Of a DNA stretch of 64,000 bases, positions 55,948 through 64,000 are shown in pieces. A program made the position numbers and the translations under genes. Under the pieces are notes generated by a model. It saw only the letters and a program-made list of their open reading frames with translations. It was not told the origin of the DNA and searched no databases. Origin of the DNA: Octopus vulgaris (lineage: Eukaryota). Position 1 is the first letter of the stretch. Every line of letters starts with the position of its first letter. The stretch covers positions 12,462,001 to 12,526,000 of the forward strand of contig OX597827.1 in assembly GCA_951406725.2 (NCBI GenBank). Direction: 5' to 3'.

Positions 55948-56184
55948 TAACAATAAACAAGATGAGGACACATATATGTCCAGTGTAAATAGTGTAAAAA
56001 AACATACTTAGGTTATAATAGAGGACACTTGCTCACTGTGCCACACGGTGAGATCGAACCCAGAACCATGCGATTACAAAGTAAACTTCTAAACCACATA
56101 GCTATACTAGCTGTAGCAAGAACAGTAATAATACCAGCAACTATAGCTGTAAACATATATTTAAAACTAAATTATACATACACT

Positions 56185-56383
56185 TTCTTTTACTTGTTTC
56201 AGTCATTTGACTGCGGCCATGCTGGAGCACCGCCTTTAGTCGAGCAATCGACCCGGGACTTATTCTTTGTAAGCCCAGTACTTATTCTGTCGGTCTCTTT
56301 TGCCATACCGCTAAGTGACGGGGACGTAAACACACCAGCATCGGTTGTCAAGCAATGCTAGGGGGACAAACACAGACACACAA

Positions 56384-56416
<33 letters not shown>

Positions 56417-56588
56417 CATATATACGACAGGCTTCTTTCAGTTTCCGTCTACCAAATCCACTCACAAGGCTTTGGTCGGCCCAGGGCTATAGCAGAAGAC
56501 ATTTGCCCAAGATGCCACGCAGTGGGATTGAACCCAGAACCATGTGGTTGGTTAGCAAGCTACTTACCACACAGCCACTCCTGCGCCT
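56185..56588 (-). mobile_element. SINE family A, full length
   Basis: Head to tail present. Confidence 0.92.
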
Positions 56589-57020
56589 ATGCATATGCAT
56601 ATTGTTAAGCAAAGTACTTAATCAAAATACTTTGTCATTACATATATATCATGTACTAATGACAGTTTCTCTCATTTTGAAACCATATTTTATCCAAGAA
56701 TGTATTGTATAAACTTGGCATTTCATTAGCTTAAGCTGCAGAATGGTTTTTTATGACATTTTTCCTGTTTAGAGCTTGTGAGCACTTGATCTAATTTATG
56801 AAAAATGCATTTAATTACTAGTTTCATAAGCTGAATTCTCTCTCTCTCACTTTCTCTCTCTCTCCAAACATATATGTATGTATGTATGTTTGTATGTATG
56901 TATGTATGTATGTATGTATGTATGTATGTATGTATGTATGTATGTATGTATTGACAGAAATGGTAAAACAACAAAAGAATGAAAGAGACCTCGATATTAT
57001 GTGTGTGTTTATATATATAC

Positions 57021-57191
57021 GGCGCAGGAGTGGCTGTGTGGTAAGTAGCTTGCTAACCAACCACATGGTTCCGGGTTCAGTCCCACTGCGTGGCATCTTG
57101 GGCAAGTGTCTTCTGCTATAGCCCCGGGCTGACCAATGCCTTGTGAGTGGATTTGGTAGACGGAAACTGAAAGAAGCCTGTCGTATATATG

Positions 57192-57224
<33 letters not shown>

Positions 57225-57450
57225 GTGTGTATGTGTTTGTGTGTCTGTGTTTGTCTCCCTAGCATTGCTTGATAACCGATGCTGGTGTGTTTACGTCCCC
57301 GTCACTTAGCGGTTCGGCAAAAGAGACCGATAGAATAAGTACTGGGCTTACAAAGAATAAGTCCCGGGGTCGATTTGCTCGACTAAAGGCGGTGCTCCAG
57401 CATGGCCACAGTCAGGTGACTGAAACAGGTGAAAGAGAAAGAAAGAGAGT
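57021..57450 (+). mobile_element. SINE family A, full length
   Basis: Head to tail present; inverted partner of 56185-56588. Confidence 0.92.
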
Positions 57451-57524
57451 AATATATATACATATATATACATACATATACACACACACATATATATATA
57501 TATAGCCAATTAAATGAAATAAAG

Positions 57525-58110
57525 AAGCTTGCTTCCCAACCACATTGTTCTCGGTTCAGTCTCACTGTGTGGCACCTTGAGCAAGTGTCTTCTACTATAG
57601 CCTCAGGCTAAAAACAGCCCTGTGAGTGAATTTGGCCGATGGAAACTGAAAGAAGCCCATCATATATACATATATATATATAAGATGAGGAAATAGAGAG
57701 GTAATTAATAAACCATTTCTTATTAATCAAAAATTTGACAAACATCCCTTACAGCTGTTTCAATTCTAGAATTTCAGAAAATTAATTAATTAACTTAAAA
57801 ATTATTCGTAAGTCAAATCTCTTCAGTGGTAGTTTAAGATATACAATATAGGTGTTCAATTCTTGCATGTTGAATAAACAGCTGTATGTCTTTGTGTCTG
57901 TGTCTGTACCGTCATCACTGCTTGAGAACCATTGTTGGTGTGTTTGTGTCTCCGTAACTTAGTAGTTTGGCAAAAGAAACCAATAGAATAAGTACCACTT
58001 CTTTAAAAGAAAAAAAAAGAAGTACTGGGTTGATTCATTCGACTAAAAAGAATTCAAGGTGGTGCCCCAGCATGGCCACACAGTCTAGTGTCTGAAACAA
58101 GTATAAGATA
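57525..58110 (+). mobile_element. Old SINE family A interrupted at ~57680-57880 by a hammerhead-bearing insert
   Basis: 5' half 57525-57665, 3' half 57885-58110. Confidence 0.75.
57746..57830 (-). ncRNA. Minimal hammerhead motif with intact core and weak stem I
   Basis: Minus strand ACCA-CUGAAGA-GAUUU...GAAUU-GAAA-CAGCUG-UA-AGGG. Confidence 0.55.
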
Positions 58111-58636
58111 AAAAAAAAAATTATGCATATTGGTGCACATTTTACAAGATATAATCTCTGCATATGCATCTATGCCGGGCGGCTGTTGCATAAATTCAGT
58201 TGCATAAATTTATTTCATTGTTTAAACAAAAATAAATTTAATACAAATCAGCCACTTTGTAGAAATAAAATAATAATAATAATAATTTAATTATATTTTA
58301 ATAGAAAAATATTGTTCCGTTAGAAAAAAAAAAATAAAACACATGGAAGATAATGAACTAATTCCGATAAAATTCTGGCGACAAAAAGTCTGCTGGTATA
58401 AATTCCAGGCACTGTAGCTATAGGGAATTGCAACTTTGTTTTCAAACTCTTCTGTACCTCTATTCCTTATTTTACTGGTTAAATCAAGCAGCATGCTGTT
58501 TATTAGTTTGTTCCATTGTTGTTGTTGAAAAAGCTAAATTTTTTCGAAATTTCAAAATCCATTCTGCTGCTGCTTATCAGATTGTTAGTTAACCTTAAAC
58601 ACTGGAGAACTCTGCCAGAATGGTGAAACAAAGAAA

Positions 58637-58757
58637 AGGAGGAGGAGGAAGAAGAAGATGAGGAGGAGGAGGAAGAAGAAGAAGTGGAGGAGGAGGAGGA
58701 GGAAGATGAAGTGGAGGAGGAGGAGGAAGAAGAAGAAGTGGAGGAGGAAGGAGAAGG

Positions 58758-58790
<33 letters not shown>

Positions 58791-60182
58791 GGAGGAGGAG
58801 GAAGCAGTGGAGGAGGAGGAAGATGAAGCAGAGGAGGAGGAGGAAGAAGAAGATGTGGAGGAAGATGAAGATGGGGAGGAGGAGGAGGAAGAAGAAGCAG
58901 AGGAGGAGGAGGAAGAAGAAGAAGTGGAGGAAGATGAAGATGGGGAGGAGGAGGAGGAAGAAGAAGAAGAAGAGGAGGAAGAAGAGAAGTGGAGGAAGAT
59001 GAAGATGGGGAGGAGGAGGAGGAAGTGGAAGAAGAAGAGGAGGAAGAAGTGGAGGAAGATGAAGATGGGAGGAGGAGGAGGAGGAAGAGGAAGAAGAAGA
59101 GGAGGAGGAGGAGGAAGAAGAAGAGGAGGAGGAGGAGGAAGATGAAGATGAGGAGGAGGAGGAAGAAGAAGAAGAAGTGGAGGAGGAAGTAGAAGAAGAA
59201 GAAGAGGAGGAAGAAGAAAAAGAATGGGAGGAGGATGAAGAAGAAGAAGGGGAGAAGGAGGAGGATGAAGGAGAAGAATGGGAGGAGGATGAAGAAGAAG
59301 AATGGGAGGAGGATGAAGAAGAAGAGGAGAAGAAGGAGGAGGTTGAAGAAGAAGAATGGGAGGAGGATGAAGAAGAAGAGGAGAAGAAGGAGGAGGTTGA
59401 AGAAGAAGAATGGGAGGAGGATGAAGAAGAAGAGGAGGAGAAGGAGGAGGTTGAAGAAGAAGAATGGGAGGAGGATGAAGAAGAAGAGGAGGAGAAGGAG
59501 GAGGATGAAGGAGAAGAATGGGAGGAGGATGAAGAAGAAGAGGAGGAGAAGGAGGAGGATGAAGGAGAAGAAGAAGAAGAAGAAGAAGAAGAAGAATGAA
59601 GAAGAGAGAGAAGAGGAGGATGAAGAAGAAGAATGGGAGGAGGATGAAGAAGAAGAGGAGGAGAAGGAGGAGGAGGATGAAGAAGAAGAGGAGGAGAAGG
59701 AGGAGGAGGATGAAGAAGAAGAGGAGGAGAAGGAGGAGGATGAAGAAGAAGAAGAAGAAGAATGAAGAAGAAGAGGAGGAGAAGGAGGAGGATGAAGAAG
59801 AGGAGGAGGAGGATGGAGGAGAGGGGGAGGAGGAGGAATGGGATGATGAGGAGGATGAAGAAGAGGAGGAGGAGAAGGAGGAGGATGAAGAAGAAGAAGA
59901 AGAAGAATGAAGAAGAATGAAGAAGAAGAGGAGGAGAAGGAGGAGGATGAAGAAGAGGAGGAGGAGGATGGAGGAGAGGGGGAGGAGGAGGAATGGGATG
60001 ATGAGGAGGATGAAGGAGAGGAGGAGGAGGATGAAGTGGATGAGGATGAGGAAGGGGATGATGAGGAGGAGGAAAAAGAAGAGGAGGAGGAAGAAGAAGA
60101 AGGAGGAGGAGGAAGAAGAAGAAGGAGGAGGAGGAGGAAGAAGAAGAAGAAGAAGAAGAAGAAGAAGAAGAAGAAGAAGAAA
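58637..60182. repeat. ~1.55-kb (GAA/GAG/GAT) polypurine tract with 54-bp higher-order units
   Basis: Read directly. The triplet register shifts several times. Confidence 0.95.
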
Positions 60183-60493
60183 GGTGGTTGGGTGGATAAA
60201 ACGAAAATGGAAAAAGAACTTTTTCTGTTTTCCTTATCCTTTACTCTCTCTCCATAGATGCATTTACTCTGCTGATCATTGATCATTATTTCTCCTGGTC
60301 TCTTTTATAAGCTTTCTGTATCCTCTCCAGGAACCTATTCTACTGCTGCTGCTGCTGCTGTTACTACTGCCGTTACTGCTGCTGCTGTCATTTCTGTTTC
60401 TGCTGCTGTCACTACCGCAGCTAACTTGCTACATCTAAAGAGACTCTTATATATGTACATGATAAATATACCAGTCACACTCTGGCTGACAAA

Positions 60494-61140
60494 GGTGGTG
60501 GTGATGGTGTCGTCGTCGTCGGCGGCGGCGGCGGTGGTGGTGGTTGTGGTGATGCTTATGAGGCTGGTGGTAATAGGTGGAGATGGTGGTGGAGGTGGTG
60601 ATAGTGATGTTGCCGATGGTAATGTTGATGATAATGATGATGCTTATAGGGATGGTGGTAATGGGTGGTGGTGATGGTGGAGGTGGTGGTGGAGGTGGTG
60701 TGGAGGTGGTGATAGTGATGTTGCTGATGGTAATGTTGATGATAATGATGATGCTTATAGGGATGGTGGTAATGGGGTGGTGGTGATGGTGGAGGTGGTG
60801 GTGGAGGTGGTGGTGGAGGTGGTGATAGTGATGTTGCTGATGGTGGTGATGATGGTGGTGATGATGATGGTTGCAGTGGTGATGGTGATGTTGGTTTTGG
60901 TGGTGGTGGTGGTGGTGACGGTAATGTTGATGATAATGATGATGCTTATAGGGATGGTGGTAGTGGGTGGTGGTGGTGGTGGTGGTGATGATGGTGATAG
61001 TGATGGTGGAGGTGGAGGTGGTGGTGGTGATGGTGGTGGTGGTGGTGGTGGTGGTGACGGTGGTGGTGGTGATGGAAGTTGTAGTGTTGGTAGTGATGAT
61101 GATGATGATGATGCTTATGGAGATGATGGTAATGGGTAGG
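60494..61140. repeat. (GGT)/(GAT) degenerate tract with ~110-bp duplications
   Basis: GATGCTTATAGGGATGGTGGTA recurs 3 times. Confidence 0.9.
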
Positions 61141-61293
61141 TGCTGGGGGTAATGGCGGTGATGCTGGTGGTAAATACAACTTTAACCAAACTCCATTTAA
61201 AATGGTAGCACGTTCTAAACTAAATGAACAGAGACCCAAAAAAACAAGCACCAAACTCCTGGTGGAGAGCATGGAAGTCCTTGTTTTATTGTA

Positions 61294-61584
61294 TCATCAT
61301 CATCATCATCGTTTAACGTCCGTTTTCCGCACTAGCATGGGTTGGACGGTTCGACCAGGGTCTGGGAAGCCAGAAGGCTGCACCAGGCTCCAGTCTTGAT
61401 CTGGCAGTGTTTCTACAGCTGGATGCCCTTCCTAACGCCAACCACTCCACGAGTGTAGTGGGTGTTTTTTACGTGCCACCGGCACAGGTGCCAGGGGAGT
61501 CTGGCATCGGCCACAATCGGTCGGTGCTTTTAACGTGCCGCCGGCACGGAAGCCAGCCAAGGCGACGCTGGCATCGGCCACGTA
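61294..61584 (-). mobile_element. SINE family B
   Basis: (CAT)n-CGTTTAACGTCCG... core. Confidence 0.88.
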
Positions 61585-61859
61585 ATATTGGGAAATAATG
61601 TAAAATAAGCAAAATTAAAGCATGAAATTCGGACTCTGTTTCTGTCCACCAAATCCACATGCAAAGCTTTGGTTGGGCCTGGGCTAGAGTAAAAGATGCT
61701 TGTCCAAGGTGCCACACAGTGAGACTGAACCTGGAACCATGTGGTTGGGAAACAGTCTCCTCATCACATAACCTGCAGGACAATTGGCAGTGGTGCCAAT
61801 TGTCTTGGTCTTGTATCACTTGGTCATGTATCACTTCCCATTTACCTAGAAAACCCTGT

Positions 61860-62192
61860 CATGCACATGGCTCAGTGCTTAGGTCTTCAGGCTCATAATC
61901 ATGAGGTAGTGAGTTCCATTCCCAGACCAGGCTGTGTGTTGTGTTCTTGAGCAAGACACTTTATTTCACGTTGCTCCAGTTCACTCAGCTGTAGAAATGA
62001 GTTGCGACGTCACTGGTGCCAAGATATGTCAGCCTTTTCATTTCCTTTGGATAACATCAGTGGTATGGAGAGAGGAGACTGGTGTGCATAGGTGACTGCT
62101 GGTCTTCCAGAAACAACATTGACCAGCCTTGTGCCTCGGGGGGGAACTTGCTAGGTGCAATCCCATGATCATTCATGGCTAAAGGGAGCCCT
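61860..62192 (+). mobile_element. SINE family E
   Basis: Matches 8535-8815 and extends it 3'. Confidence 0.82.
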
Positions 62193-62280
62193 TCTAGTAA
62201 AAAATTATTGTTATTAATCACCATCATCACCATCATCACAGATGGGGCCACTGCCCCTGTCACTATTGTCTTTGTCATTG

Positions 62281-62642
62281 TTGCTGCTGCTGCTGTTGCT
62301 GTTGCTGTTGAGTGAAGCGGTCTTTGTCCTGTGGGAGAAGTCCTATATGTGGTCCTTTGCTATTCATAAGACCCGCAGAAGACAGAGCATCGACAGATGG
62401 ATGAATGCGCATCCAGGCTCAGCGGTTGCGTAGGAAGTCGGGGACAAGAAACAGGAAGAAAGAGTGAGAGAAAGTTGGAGTGAAAGAGTACAACAGGGGT
62501 CACCACCACCTCCTGCCGGAGCCTCGTGGGGCTTTAGGTGTTTTCGTTCAATAAACACACACAACGCCCGGTCTGGGAATCGAAACCGCGATCCTCCAAC
62601 CACGAGTCCGCTGCCCTTACCAGTGGACCATTGCACCTCCAC
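62281..62642 (-). mobile_element. SINE with a family C head but a different body and (CAR)n tail
   Basis: 62448-62642 aligns to family C; 62311-62447 does not. Confidence 0.8.
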
Positions 62643-62883
62643 TGCTGCTGCTGCTGTTCCTGTTGTTGTTGATGTCGTTGCTTAAGCCCCAGATTGACCT
62701 TGATCAAACAAACACCTAATCAAATTTAATTTCAACCTTCATTAACTTGTTTTTGTAAGGAATATCTAATATTACATTATTTAAGGTGGTTGTGGTTCCT
62801 TTTTGTGTTTATTTATTTTTTTGAAGACAGATGAGTTGAATTTGAGAAAGATTTGGCTTCAGTTTTTAGCTGATTGCAAATTA

Positions 62884-63300
62884 GGCGCAGGAGTGGCTGT
62901 GTGGTAAGTAGCTTGTTTACCAACCACATGGTTCCGGGTTCAGTCCCACTGCGTGGCATCTTGGGCAAGTATCTTCTGCTACAGCCTCGGGCCGACCAAT
63001 GCCTTGTGTGTGGATTTGGTAGACGGAAACTGAAAGAAGCCTATCGTATATATGTATATATATATATGTATGTGTGTGTGTGTTTGTGTGTCTGTGTTTG
63101 TCCCCCCAACATCGCTTGACAACCGATGCTGGTGTGTTTACGTCCCCGTCACTTAGCGGTTCGGCAAAAGAGACCGATAGAATAAGTACTGGGCTTATAA
63201 AGAATAAGTCCCAGGGTCGATTTGCTCGACTAAAGGCGGTGCTCCAGCATGGCCGCAGTCAAATGACTGAAACAAGTAAAAGAGTAAAGAGTAAAGAGTA
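62884..63300 (+). mobile_element. SINE family A, full length
   Basis: Head to tail present. Confidence 0.92.
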
Positions 63301-63482
63301 TGTCAGTTGTGATGTAATTCTTTTAGTAGAACATTATTTCATACGGTAAGAGAAACACTTTTCTGTAACTAGTTTAGATTAAAATTAAAAACATGCTAGA
63401 AAGTTTGAAAGTGTTTCAAATTAGATAAAGAAAGAAGCATCTTTTATACAAGACAAGGATAGAATATACCATGGAATATACT

Positions 63483-63896
63483 TATTTTTTTATTACCCAC
63501 AAGGGGCTAAACACAGAGGGAACAAACAAGGACAGACATAGGTATTAAGTCGATTACATCTACCCCAGTTCGTAACTGGTACTTAATTTATCGACCCCGA
63601 AAAGATGAAAGGCAAAGTCGACCTCGGCGGAATTTGAACTCACAACGTAACGCAGACGAAATACCTATTTCTTTACTACCCACAAGGGGCTAAACACAGA
63701 GAGGACAAACAAGGACAGACAAACGGATTAAGTCGATTACATCGACCCCAGTGCGTAACTGGTACTTATTTTATCGACCCCGAAAGGATGAAAGGCAAAG
63801 TCGACCTCGGCGGAATTTGAACTCAGAACGTAGCGGAAGACGAAATACCGCTAAGCATTTCGCCCGGCGTGCAAACGTTTCTGCCAGCTCGCCGCC
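63483..63896 (-). mobile_element. SINE family D dimer with a single 18-bp TSD
   Basis: TSD TATACCATGGAATATACT at 63465-63482 and 63897-63914. Junction GAAATAC|CTATTTC at 63665/63666. Confidence 0.93.
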
Positions 63897-64000
63897 TATA
63901 CCATGGAATATACTGATGGGGCATTAGCATAACAATTTATGCTATAATAGATAAAAGGATACTGCTTGATATGATATTAGATAAAAGGAGAAGGATTCAA

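Noticed and set aside
58595-60286. Long Glu/Ser/Leu/Arg-rich ORFs (also 32581-33474)
   Set aside because: Trinucleotide repeats lacking stop codons, with register shifts and no splice or domain evidence.

Overview
Eukaryotic, AT-rich (roughly one-third GC), repeat-saturated genomic DNA. The SINE families and microsatellite load look like an octopus (coleoid cephalopod) genome; this is recognition from memory, not a database result. The window appears to be mostly intronic or intergenic. I find one well-formed 160-bp minus-strand coding exon candidate (24533-24692) and one weaker GC-rich candidate (2414-2801), but no recognisable host protein domain. Everything else is repeats: five SINE families, LINE 3' fragments (R4/Dong-like, CR1-like, RTE-like), mariner-, piggyBac- and unclassified MITEs, and very long microsatellites. 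Almost all ORFs in the supplied track are microsatellite artefacts. Four observations stand out. (i) Several minimal Penelope-type hammerhead ribozyme motifs, mostly mutated, some inside short fold-back elements. (ii) Three locally templated insertions or duplications with microhomology junctions, including a ~450-bp inverted copy of nearby DNA flanked by an 18-bp duplication inside a triple-nested repeat. (iii) SINE concatemers with the same junction at two loci. (iv) A high density of intramolecular dsRNA-forming inverted repeats, relevant to A-to-I editing if the region is transcribed. I cannot support a novel protein-coding system from this sequence.
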